Of a stretch of 64,000 nt of DNA, positions 1 to 8,592 are shown in pieces. The stretch spans positions 2,835-66,834 of the forward strand of contig DAOTYH010000052.1 of assembly GCA_034435015.1 (NCBI GenBank). Reading direction: 5' to 3'. The notes below the pieces were generated by a model. It was not told the origin of the DNA. It saw only the letters and a program-made list of their open reading frames with translations, and searched no databases. The first letter of the stretch is position 1, and each line of letters starts with the position of its first letter. Position numbers and translations under genes: made by a program. The stretch is from Anaerolineae bacterium (GTDB lineage: Bacteria; Chloroflexota; Anaerolineae; Aggregatilineales; UBA3940).

Positions 1-59
1 CATGAGTCTTTATCGCCTCACTCGCATCATCCAAGACAGGTGCTTGCCATAGCCGGCAC

Positions 60-1292
60 TTAGCCTGTCTTGGCATTCTTCTTACGTTTCATCCCCTCGA
101 TCAGCACCTGGCTGACTTCCGGGCGGGTAAACTCCTCCGGCAGCATTTCACCGCGCTCCAACATCTCACGTACCTGTGTACCTGACAGGGTCACATGCTC
201 AGACTCGTCGTGCGGGCAGGTCTTGGCGCTGACGATGCCGCCGCACTTGCGGCAGTAGAAAGTGTTGTCGAAGAACAGGGGGATGATCCCAATGGCCTCT
301 TTGTCAAACTCGTCAAAGATGTAGTGGGCGTCAAAACTGCCGTAGTATCCCTTGACGCCTGCATGATCACGCCCGACGATGAAGTGGGTACACCCGTAGT
401 TCTTGCGGGCAATGGCATGGAAGATGGCTTCCCGCGGGCCGGCATAGCGCATGGCCGCCGGAAAAACCCCCAGCAGGACGCGGTCGGGCGGATAGTAGTC
501 ACGCAGGATGGCCTGATAGCTCTCAATCCGCACATCAGCCGGGATGTCATCCTCCTTCGTTTCGCCGACCAGCGGGTGCAAGAACAGCCCGTCTACGATC
601 TCAAGGGCTGTCTTCTGAATGTATTCATGGGCGCGGTGGATGGGGTTGCGGGTCTGGAAGCCGACGATCCGGCGCCAGCCTGCACGTGCAAACAGCCGGC
701 GTGTCTGGGCGGGGGTGTGGCGCAGTTCTGGGAACTCCGTCTTGGCCGCCAGCGGGAGGTCAAACAGCCAGATGTCGCCGGCCAGCAGGACATTCCCCTG
801 CCTGTAGAGTCGGGCCACGCCGGGGTGCTTGTCTTCAGTGGTACGGTACACCAGCTCCGCCTCGATGTTCTTGTAGTAGGTGTACTTGTCGCTGACTTCC
901 AGCACACCCATCAAGTGGGTGTTGCCGTCAGGCGCAGGTTCTGCCAGCGCTACCGACTGCCCGGTTTTGATCTCGTTGGCAGTCTCCTCATCTACTGGCA
1001 GGGTGATCGGGATCGTCCATGGCAGGCCGTTCACCAGGTGCATATCATAGACCACGCTGTGGTAGTCGGCTGGCCCCATAAAACCAGTCAGCGGGCTGAG
1101 CGCACCGGTGGCGATCAGTTCGACATCTGAGACGTTCATCGGCGAGAGGATGATGGCCTTCAGGCCGAGAGCCATCTCGCGGGCGGCTTCGGCCATGTCC
1201 CCGCGCAACAGCCGGTTGATCAGTGTGCCGCCGTGCGGCGCGATAGCCCCGACATAGCCGGGGGAGGATTGAGAGGGGGTGTGATCGTTCAA
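60..1292 (-). CDS. sat: sulfate adenylyltransferase (ATP sulfurylase)
   Basis: 410-aa ORF with the ATP-sulfurylase signatures GFQTRNPIHRAHEYIQ and CTHFIVGRDHAG. Stand-alone form with no fused APS kinase. Confidence 0.9.
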   Translation of the reverse strand: MNDHTPSQSSPGYVGAIAPHGGTLINRLLRGDMAEAAREMALGLKAIILSPMNVSDVELIATGALSPLTGFMGPADYHSVVYDMHLVNGLPWTIPITLPVDEETANEIKTGQSVALAEPAPDGNTHLMGVLEVSDKYTYYKNIEAELVYRTTEDKHPGVARLYRQGNVLLAGDIWLFDLPLAAKTEFPELRHTPAQTRRLFARAGWRRIVGFQTRNPIHRAHEYIQKTALEIVDGLFLHPLVGETKEDDIPADVRIESYQAILRDYYPPDRVLLGVFPAAMRYAGPREAIFHAIARKNYGCTHFIVGRDHAGVKGYYGSFDAHYIFDEFDKEAIGIIPLFFDNTFYCRKCGGIVSAKTCPHDESEHVTLSGTQVREMLERGEMLPEEFTRPEVSQVLIEGMKRKKNAKTG

Positions 1293-1328
1293 CGAATTAC
1301 CTCACAGCGCACATGTGATTCACGCGCG

Positions 1329-1364
1329 AAAAGCACGCATCTGCGCGCTCCTTGATGCGTGCTC
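1329..1364 (-). terminator. hairpin plus short U-run between the small membrane-protein gene and sat
   Basis: On the minus strand: AGCACGCATC, 12-nt loop, GATGCGTGCT, then TTTC. The 10-bp stem is perfect. It lies only about 40-70 nt upstream of the sat start, so it could be a terminator or a leader attenuator. Confidence 0.35.
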
Positions 1365-1442
1365 GTAGTAAACTATACCACATCTAGGGGATGAAGTCCA
1401 CGAAGTTGAGCGTGTGAAAGGGTTGTCAGTGCAGACCTGCGG

Positions 1443-1826
1443 TTACCTGCCCCGCTTGTTGAACTCCTCAACCGCTTCTTTGATCGCCGTCCGGATGCGT
1501 TCATCCGGTATATCGTCCACGTTGTCATACTGCTTCTTGTTGACCCAGATGTCTATTGTGCCGTCAGCCGCCGTGCCGAAATCCAGCACAGTGTCGGCCA
1601 GATCAGGATACTGAGCCAGCCTGCCCTTGACCATCTCCTCGATCTGCTCCGACACTATACTGGAGGGGCGCTCATATTCCTCAACTTTGGCATCAGCGAC
1701 CATCAGCCGTGTGCTGAACGGCTCTTGGGTTTTGCTCCGCCGGCTGGAGATGAAGACGGCCAGCAGTGCTACCAGCAACAGCACCAGAACACCGATCAGG
1801 ATACCCAGCACAATCAGATTCGCCAT
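1443..1826 (-). CDS. hypothetical single-pass membrane protein
   Basis: The ORF track gives 1443..1871. An internal ATG (MANLIVLGILIGVLVLLLVALLAVFI...) is preceded by GAGGAAA at RBS distance. One N-terminal TM helix and a soluble acidic C-terminal domain of about 95 aa. No family recognised. Confidence 0.5.
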   Translation of the reverse strand: MANLIVLGILIGVLVLLLVALLAVFISSRRSKTQEPFSTRLMVADAKVEEYERPSSIVSEQIEEMVKGRLAQYPDLADTVLDFGTAADGTIDIWVNKKQYDNVDDIPDERIRTAIKEAVEEFNKRGR

Positions 1827-2002
1827 GAGATGTTTCCTCTGCTTGATATGGACCAGTTCCAATACCATCAACTCTAATACCTCTATCGTCTGGCGGCAAG
1901 TGCTCCTGATGCCTGTGCGGTATATGGTTCTGTGCCCTTTGTCAGCCAGATTGGCTGAGCCGATGTGATTCTCTTTCCATTAGAGTTACCCAATTACTAA
2001 GC

Positions 2003-2031
2003 TTGCCCCTGTATCGCTTGTCCCCTATAAT
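2003..2031 (+). promoter_or_regulatory. sigma70-like promoter candidate (TTGCCC-17 nt-TATAAT)
   Basis: Read directly in the 314-nt AT-richer spacer upstream of the receiver/GAF gene train. Correct 17-nt spacing and a perfect -10 hexamer. Confidence 0.3.
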
Positions 2032-2085
2032 GGCTAGGTAATCATCTAATGGTGCTTCTTTGACTGAGCGGCATCTCTTCTGCAC

Positions 2086-2114
2086 TTACCTGCCCCGCAA
2101 ATTGGGGTTATAAT
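2086..2114 (+). promoter_or_regulatory. second sigma70-like promoter candidate (TTACCT-17 nt-TATAAT)
   Basis: Perfect TATAAT about 115 nt upstream of the probable start of the first receiver gene. The -35 hexamer is weaker. Confidence 0.3.
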
Positions 2115-2230
2115 CGAGACAATGATCATAAAGGTTGTAATCGTACCGTAACGCCTTGTTCCGGCTCTTCATGTTACACTAATTATTGAAACGAGGTCAT
2201 GTTGGAGTCCGATGGAGGCGGCAGAGCGTT

Positions 2231-2611
2231 ATGACACGAGGACGTATCCTCTACGTGGAGGACAATTTTGATAACCGCATTCTGATCAAGCGTGTTCTGG
2301 AGGTAGAGGGGTATACAGTTATCGAGGCTGACTGCGGGAGAGCAGGTCTCGAACTCGCTCTGTCTGCCCGTCCGGACTTGATCTTGGTGGATATCAACTT
2401 GCCTGACATTGACGGGTATGAAATCACGCGCCGTTTGCGCCAAACGGAAGGTTTTGATCAGGTCCCGATTGTGGCGCTGACCGCCAATGCGCTGGAGGGA
2501 GATCGGCAGAAAGCCTTAAATGCAGGCTGTGACGGTTATATCTCGAAGCCGGTAGACATTGATGCTCTGCCCATGCAGGTAGAGTCTTTTCTGAATCACC
2601 GTGCTGGTTAG
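2231..2611 (+). CDS. single-domain response regulator (CheY-like receiver)
   Basis: ILYVEDNFDNRILI..., phospho-acceptor context LILVDINLPDIDGYE, ALTANA and the conserved Lys in YISKPVD. No output domain. The ORF track starts at TTG 2186; ATG 2231 follows a GGAGG. Confidence 0.85.
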   Translation: MTRGRILYVEDNFDNRILIKRVLEVEGYTVIEADCGRAGLELALSARPDLILVDINLPDIDGYEITRRLRQTEGFDQVPIVALTANALEGDRQKALNAGCDGYISKPVDIDALPMQVESFLNHRAG

Positions 2612-2706
2612 CGCTTCTGTGCACTAGCGCGTTGGCAGTGCGGATGTCAGAAAGGTGTCTGCCCGTTTGATGACAGGCTTAAGTTAACAAGGGTCAAAGC
2701 GGCAAG

Positions 2707-3255
2707 ATGACACAAGACGATCCGAAAGTTCAAGATAATCAGCCTCAAAAACCGGACCAGCAGAGGCCACCGGTAACACAACCCTTGAAGCCTCTCCCTG
2801 ACCTGCCAGGGAAGGACTCCCAGCCGGATAAGCCCAAACAACGTAAGCCTATAGACCCGTCGCAGGCTCATGTCTTGGTTGTGGAAGACAATGTGCCCAA
2901 TTTCGTTTTGATCGCCCGTATGCTGGCTTACATGGGTGTTCAGCGTTGCGAATGGAAGACCTCCGGCTGGCAGGTAGTCGAGTTTGCTGACACACTGCCG
3001 CGCATTGACTTGATCTTGATGGATATTCGTCTGCCGTATGAGGATGGTTTTCAGGCACTGGCCAAGGTAAGGGCTAACCCGCGTTTGAAGGACACGCTGG
3101 TTGTAGCAGTGACGGCGGAGGCCAGTGTTGAGCAGATGAGGCGGGCCAAGGAAGCAGGATTTGACGGGTTTTTGGGAAAGCCCCTTGACCCGGATCGCTT
3201 CCCTGACCAGATTAGGCGTGTGTTGAATGGCGAGCCTGTCTGGGAGATTCACTAG
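2707..3255 (+). CDS. response regulator receiver with an N-terminal Pro/Gln/Lys-rich extension of about 55 aa
   Basis: Receiver motifs VLVVEDN, LILMDIRLPYEDG, VAVTAEA, FLGKPLD. The N-terminal low-complexity segment reads PQKPDQQRPPVTQPLKPLPDLPGKDSQPDKPKQRKP. No output domain. Confidence 0.8.
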   Translation: MTQDDPKVQDNQPQKPDQQRPPVTQPLKPLPDLPGKDSQPDKPKQRKPIDPSQAHVLVVEDNVPNFVLIARMLAYMGVQRCEWKTSGWQVVEFADTLPRIDLILMDIRLPYEDGFQALAKVRANPRLKDTLVVAVTAEASVEQMRRAKEAGFDGFLGKPLDPDRFPDQIRRVLNGEPVWEIH

Positions 3256-3494
3256 CGTCTGGGGTTGTTGGGCTGGTCTTCCCCTTTCTCTGGTCGGCTC
3301 CCAGTTGCTCGGCGCTCAAGAGGTGATCTTAGTCATGAAGCAAATGGCGGGCCGCCTGTTTCTTTCTACAGCAGGGTCTTCCTTCTTAGTATCTCACAGT
3401 TTAAGCGGCGGCCCCTTGGCTCTGGATATGCAGAAAAGGGCTTCTTCTGTGATTCTGCCTGAGCGCTTCGATGTGTGCTTTTTGGAGGAAGGGC

Positions 3495-5012
3495 ATGGAC
3501 AGTAGTCCGTCTGCGCCGGAAGCGGCACTGCCTGAGGTCTCTGACTTACCGAACGACACCCTCTTTCAGATCGCGTCGGCCTCAACGCCCGATCAAATCC
3601 TGAATATTTTGCGCGGCTATGCCTCCCCAGATATTGACCGAATTTCCCTGACAGGGGCCAGCCTTGGGACTGCGACCGAGGCAGTTGCCGTGTGGGACCG
3701 AGACGGCATTGCGTTGGAAGATGGGTTGCCTGGGCCTATCCGCCAACTGATCGGAGCAAAGCCCCTGTTTATCACAAGCGACATTGACTTAGAGCAGTCT
3801 GCCGCGCTGTTCAGGGCCTATGTGGGCGGGACGTTACGGGCGAAGTCTCTGGCCGTTTTCCCGTTGAGCGGCCGGGAGCAGGTGGTCGGCTATCTGGAAC
3901 TTGCCAGCCGGCATCCCCGCTCTTACCCGGAACAGGAAGTTGAGCGCTGGAAGGCATTGGCGGCTTATGTGGGCGTGAACCTAGAGAAACTGCTGTTGCT
4001 TGATGCGCTGAGCCATCAGCTTGAGGAGGCTACTGTTCTGTACAGCACCTCGCTGGCGATGAATGCGGCCCAGAATCTGGAAGAAGTGTATGAGACGGCT
4101 CTCAATCAGGTTGCCTTTCTGAGTGAGGCCAGCCGGGTGTTGATCTATCTAGCCGGCCCCGACCCGCGCTCGGCGATTCAGTATGTGGAGCGAGCGGCGG
4201 TCTGGGAAAATGACCAGTTGGTGTATGTGCACCCCCCTGAGCGCTATGCCATAAGCGAGGTGCCCGTGCTTTCGCAATTTCCCATGTCGCGGGCCAATCT
4301 GGTTTTCAATGATCTTCAGGCTGACATGCGGCTGGAGGCTGGTCTGCGTTCCCGCTATGCCCAGCAAGGGATCAACGCCCTGGTGATGATCCCGCTGGCG
4401 ACCGGGTCGGCTTGGCTGGGTGCGCTTCTGCTCGAAGCCTCGCGCGGGCAGTTCTTCTCAAGCGAGCAGGTCAGGTTGTGCCGCAGTGTCGCGGATCAAG
4501 CGGCCCTGGCTGTTGACCTGCAAATGCTGTTGACACGTGCTCAGCAGACCGCCAAGCGGGAACGGGCTTTGCGCCAGATCATTGAGCATATCCGAAGCGC
4601 TGAGGATGTTGAGTCAATATTGCGCATTGCAGAGCAGGAACTGTCTGAGGCGCTGGGCAGGTCTCCAGATGAACTCGAGTCATTGCCGTGGCGTGATGAA
4701 AGTGTGTTGAGCGAGGGAGACTGGGACCTGGTTGAGGATGTAGGTAATCAGGTGGCGCTGGCAATTGAGAATCTCGAACTGCTTGAGAGCGCGCGACAGG
4801 ACGCCCTGCGGGGGCAGGTCGTCAGTGACCTGATGGCCAAGCTTCAGCGTGCAGTCAGTGTGGACGAAGTGATGGAGACAACGGCGCAAACTCTGCACAG
4901 CGTTCTCTCCGATTATAACATCTCGCTTCGCCTGTTGCCTCAGCGGCATGGATCAAGGGGAAAGGACGAGACCTCCCCGCCAGAGAACAGCTATGCCGGT
5001 GAGACGGAGTGA
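3495..5012 (+). CDS. cytosolic multi-GAF protein without output domain (first of six)
   Basis: No TM segment. Two GAF-like modules (..VVGYLELASRHPRSY.., ..ALVMIPLATGSAWLGALLLEASRGQFFS..), then a reduced module ending ALAIENLELLE and the C-terminal stub shared with the next five genes. ATG 3495 follows GGAGGA; the ORF track starts at 3471. Confidence 0.7.
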   Translation: MDSSPSAPEAALPEVSDLPNDTLFQIASASTPDQILNILRGYASPDIDRISLTGASLGTATEAVAVWDRDGIALEDGLPGPIRQLIGAKPLFITSDIDLEQSAALFRAYVGGTLRAKSLAVFPLSGREQVVGYLELASRHPRSYPEQEVERWKALAAYVGVNLEKLLLLDALSHQLEEATVLYSTSLAMNAAQNLEEVYETALNQVAFLSEASRVLIYLAGPDPRSAIQYVERAAVWENDQLVYVHPPERYAISEVPVLSQFPMSRANLVFNDLQADMRLEAGLRSRYAQQGINALVMIPLATGSAWLGALLLEASRGQFFSSEQVRLCRSVADQAALAVDLQMLLTRAQQTAKRERALRQIIEHIRSAEDVESILRIAEQELSEALGRSPDELESLPWRDESVLSEGDWDLVEDVGNQVALAIENLELLESARQDALRGQVVSDLMAKLQRAVSVDEVMETTAQTLHSVLSDYNISLRLLPQRHGSRGKDETSPPENSYAGETE

Positions 5013-5053
5013 ACGGGGTTGAAAGCAGGACCTCTGCAGATTGATCAAGGGTA

Positions 5054-6700
5054 ATGTCTATGAGTGCAAACCTCTCGTCGAAGCGAACCCTCTGGCAGTT
5101 TCTTACCGAGCCTCATTCTGCTGTCAGAAGAGAAGAAGAGCGGCAACGGGCGCGGGTGCTGGCCGTCGTCTCGCTGGTGCTGGTGCTGGTTGGCCTGCCT
5201 ATTGCTGTGATGGGGACGCTGAATGTAGGCAGTAGCGGATGGCCGATGTGGCTCGTTCTCGTTCTTTGGGCAGCCTCTTATCTGCTGAGCCGTTCATCCA
5301 GACCTCAGGTCGGGGCCGGCCTGCTTGTTTTCGGCTTGGCGGCGCTGGACCTTGGAGCGCTCGTAGCGATGGGCGACGCCGCCGGCGCGGCCCGGACCGT
5401 CATGTTCATGTTGATGCCGATCCTGCTCTCCCTGTTGTTGATGCCTGCCCGTGTCACAGTCGGGCTGGCGGTCGTGGTTGTGGCGGTTCTGCTGGGGATG
5501 TCATTTTTTATTCCATGGTTTTCCATTCGTCAGCTTGCTGTGCCGATGGTTGTGATCGTGCTGATCTCACTGCTGGCAAGCGCGGCGGCTGTCCTGCGTG
5601 ACCGTGATATAGAGACTATCCGCCGGCAGGCGGCTGACCTGAGCCAATACAGCCAGTCGCTTCAGGCCGAGGTTGATCAGCGCACGCGCAATATATTGGC
5701 CATCTCTGAGATCGGTCAGGCCATTACCGGCGCACGCGATCTGGAGGCCCTGCTGAAGCAGGTTGTCAACCTGATCACTGAGCGGTTTGGCTTCTACCAT
5801 GCACAGGTTTTCCTGATTGATGAGGAAGGGCGCTACGCTGTTTTGAAAGCCAGCACTGGTCAGGCTGGCCAGGAACTGCTGGCACGCGGCCACAAGCTGG
5901 AGGTCGGGTCGCGCTCTGTCATTGGGCAGGTCACCTCACGCGGTGAGGTGGTCATTGCCTCTGACACGGACACTGATCCAATCCATCGCCGCAATGAACT
6001 GTTGCCGCATACCCGCTCTGAGATAGCTCTTCCATTACAAGTTGGCGGACGGATCATCGGGGCGTTAGATATTCAGAGTGTGACCCCCAATGCCTTCACC
6101 GAGGCAGATGTACCGGCCTTCCGTACCATGGCTGATCAGTTGGCGATTGCTATTGAGAATGCCCGCCTGTTTGAGCGTGCTCAGCGCGACCTGCGGGATA
6201 TTGAGTTGTTGAACCGTCAGTTGACTGGCGAGGCATGGCGCAAGTATGTCAGCGGGCGTTCGGGTGCTGTCCCTGTTGGCTATGAGGCCAATGAACGGGG
6301 TGTTCATCCCATTCTTCCTGATGCGGCCGCGGTTGATGCGGCTGGAGGGGACGGTACGGTCAGCCTGCCGCTGACCGTACGCGGCGAGACCATAGGTGTC
6401 ATTGATCTAACACCGCGCTCCGGGGAGGAGCCGGATGAGGAGACTCGTACCATCCTTCAGGCTGTGGCTGAGCGTGTGGCGCTGGCACTGGACAGCACCC
6501 GCCTGAGCGAGCAGGCACGCAGTCAAGCCGAACGTGAACAGATTCTGAGCCGCCTCTCGGCAGAGCTTCAAGCGACTACTGATCTCAATATCATTCTAAA
6601 GACAGCGGCGCGGGAAGCCAGCCGGGCGCTGGGGACGCCCAGAGGATTTGTCCACTTGCAGGTTGAGTATGGGCCAAGGGAGCAGGAAGAGAAAACGTGA
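5054..6700 (+). CDS. polytopic-membrane (about 6 TM) GAF sensor protein without output domain
   Basis: N-terminal hydrophobic helices. A conserved GAF-A module (FGFYHAQVFLIDE..HRRNELLPHTRSE..IGALDIQS..IENARLFE). A linker LNRQLTGEAWRKY. A short second GAF-like module (LPLTVRGETIGVIDL..ALALDSTRL). A C-terminal stub. No kinase, cyclase, GGDEF or HTH motifs seen. Confidence 0.8.
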   Translation: MSMSANLSSKRTLWQFLTEPHSAVRREEERQRARVLAVVSLVLVLVGLPIAVMGTLNVGSSGWPMWLVLVLWAASYLLSRSSRPQVGAGLLVFGLAALDLGALVAMGDAAGAARTVMFMLMPILLSLLLMPARVTVGLAVVVVAVLLGMSFFIPWFSIRQLAVPMVVIVLISLLASAAAVLRDRDIETIRRQAADLSQYSQSLQAEVDQRTRNILAISEIGQAITGARDLEALLKQVVNLITERFGFYHAQVFLIDEEGRYAVLKASTGQAGQELLARGHKLEVGSRSVIGQVTSRGEVVIASDTDTDPIHRRNELLPHTRSEIALPLQVGGRIIGALDIQSVTPNAFTEADVPAFRTMADQLAIAIENARLFERAQRDLRDIELLNRQLTGEAWRKYVSGRSGAVPVGYEANERGVHPILPDAAAVDAAGGDGTVSLPLTVRGETIGVIDLTPRSGEEPDEETRTILQAVAERVALALDSTRLSEQARSQAEREQILSRLSAELQATTDLNIILKTAAREASRALGTPRGFVHLQVEYGPREQEEKT

Positions 6701-6753
6701 ACTAAAATAGAGACATGCATTCTACTTAGGGTAGAGCATGTTTTCCCACCTGT

Positions 6754-8592
6754 GTGGGGGTGTATTGTATGAATGATGAAAGCGTGAGCGTAACCCAATC
6801 ACAATGGCGGCGTGTCGTTGAGTGGCTGCTCTATACCCGCGTGCGTGATCCGGCGCTGGCCCGCCATAGCCGTCTAGCCGCCGCCATGCTGCTGGTCGGC
6901 GGAATCACGGCTCTGATAGGTCTGGGGCTGGGAATCGTGTTCTGGCTGAGCAGTTCCAGACTGCCCGCTTGGCGGCCCTACCTGATCGGCGCGGGTGTCT
7001 TCATGGTTCTGCTGGCAGTCATTTACCTGATCAACCGCCTTGTGAGTACGCCGCTGGCAGGCCTTTTGTTGGCTGTCCTGTTGCTGGCCGGCGACCTGCT
7101 CCTGCTGGTGGTTTCCGGGCCGGCCTCTCCGGTCTCTGTGGCCCTGATCGTGCCGGTCATTGTGGCCGGGCTGTTCAGCACGCCGGTTTCGGCAGTAGTG
7201 GTGGCCGCAGTGGCCGCAGTGGCCTATCTGCTCCTGAACCTGCGGGCTGACCCGGCTTACTTGACCCATCTTGTTCAGGGCGAAGCGGCTTTGCAGACCG
7301 GGTTGATGTACCTCAACCTGTTCTTTGTCTCTATCGTGTCATGGCAGTTTGCCCGCACGGCCCGTCAGGCCTTCAAAGAGAGCCAGCAGTTGAGCCTGGC
7401 TCTGGTCGAACAGCGTGAAGAACTGGAAGGACGGCTGGAGGCCCAGACCCGCCAGCTTCAGGCAACTGTTTCGGTAGCGCGGGCGGTAGCCGGCACACGC
7501 AATCTGGACAAACTTCTGGAAGATGTTGTCCGGCTGGTGCGCGAGACATTCGGTTACTACCATGTTCAGGTATTCATGGTAGATGAGGATCGTCAATATG
7601 CCGTCCTGCGCCAGAGTACCGGCGAGGTGGGGCAGAGACTGCTGGCAAGCGGACATCGGTTGCCGGTGGGTAGCCTGAGCGTGATCGGTCAGGTGACAGC
7701 CAGCGGGCGGGCGGTGGTGGCCCGCGATACAGACACCGACGCAGTACATCGGCGCAATGAATTGCTCCCCAATACCCGATCTGAGATGGCCGTCCCGCTT
7801 AGTGTGGGTGATCGGGTGATAGGTGCGCTGGATTTACAGAGTGTCGAGCCGGATGCCTTCCCTGAACAGGTCATCCCTACCTTGCAGGCCCTTGCCGACC
7901 AGATCGCTGTGGCTATTGAAAATGCCCGCCTGTTTGAGCAGGCTGAGCAGAACCTGCGTGAACTGCGGGAACTCAGCCATGAGGTCACTCAGCGCTCGTG
8001 GAGCGAGTTCTTGGCTGAGGCACGTGAGGAGGAAATACACCAATCTTACGGCCCAGAAACGAAGGCCATTGAGATATTCCGTAGCCGTGTGATTGAGCGG
8101 GTGTTGACATCTGGTACGGTGATTGTATCAACCGGTAAGGATGGGCGGCAGGCGTTTGTGGCCGCGCCCATCGTTGTGCGTAACGAAGTGATCGGCGTGC
8201 TGGGCGTAGAACCGGACGGGGTCCGGGAGTGGTCTCAGGATGACCTCCTGCTCATTCAGGGCATTGCTGATCGGACCGCCCTGGCTGTCGAAAATGCGCG
8301 GCTGTACCTGCAAGCACGGCGTGCCGCTGAACGCGAGCGTCTGGTCAGCTCCATTGCGGAGCGTCTCCAGCGTGCCCCCAGCCTTGCCCTCCTGCTGGAG
8401 AGTGCTACAAGGGAGCTGGCAGAGGCACTGGGCACGGAGAGTGTATACGCTGAGATCAACGTCGAACGCCCGCTCGCCCGTGCCCGTAAAGAGGTATCGG
8501 AAGAACCGGAAGTGGTGGAGGCCGAGTCGCGGCAATCGGCTGAGGATGCGGTTGCCCCGGACGAGCCTGAGGAGGCGAGAGCTGAATCATGA
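6754..8592 (+). CDS. polytopic-membrane GAF sensor protein without output domain
   Basis: Same architecture as 5054..6700. GAF-A reads FGYYHVQVFMVDE..HRRNELLPNTRSE..IGALDLQS..IENARLFE. The acidic C-terminal tail overlaps the next gene (ATGA). The true start may be ATG 6769. Confidence 0.8.
   Translation: MGVYCMNDESVSVTQSQWRRVVEWLLYTRVRDPALARHSRLAAAMLLVGGITALIGLGLGIVFWLSSSRLPAWRPYLIGAGVFMVLLAVIYLINRLVSTPLAGLLLAVLLLAGDLLLLVVSGPASPVSVALIVPVIVAGLFSTPVSAVVVAAVAAVAYLLLNLRADPAYLTHLVQGEAALQTGLMYLNLFFVSIVSWQFARTARQAFKESQQLSLALVEQREELEGRLEAQTRQLQATVSVARAVAGTRNLDKLLEDVVRLVRETFGYYHVQVFMVDEDRQYAVLRQSTGEVGQRLLASGHRLPVGSLSVIGQVTASGRAVVARDTDTDAVHRRNELLPNTRSEMAVPLSVGDRVIGALDLQSVEPDAFPEQVIPTLQALADQIAVAIENARLFEQAEQNLRELRELSHEVTQRSWSEFLAEAREEEIHQSYGPETKAIEIFRSRVIERVLTSGTVIVSTGKDGRQAFVAAPIVVRNEVIGVLGVEPDGVREWSQDDLLLIQGIADRTALAVENARLYLQARRAAERERLVSSIAERLQRAPSLALLLESATRELAEALGTESVYAEINVERPLARARKEVSEEPEVVEAESRQSAEDAVAPDEPEEARAES

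Noticed and set aside
195-1130. 311-aa plus-strand ORF (and several shorter ones) overlapping sat
   Set aside because: It is antisense to a gene with unambiguous ATP-sulfurylase motifs. Its composition (Gly/Val/Asp/Ala-rich, no motifs) is typical of spurious antisense frames in high-GC DNA.
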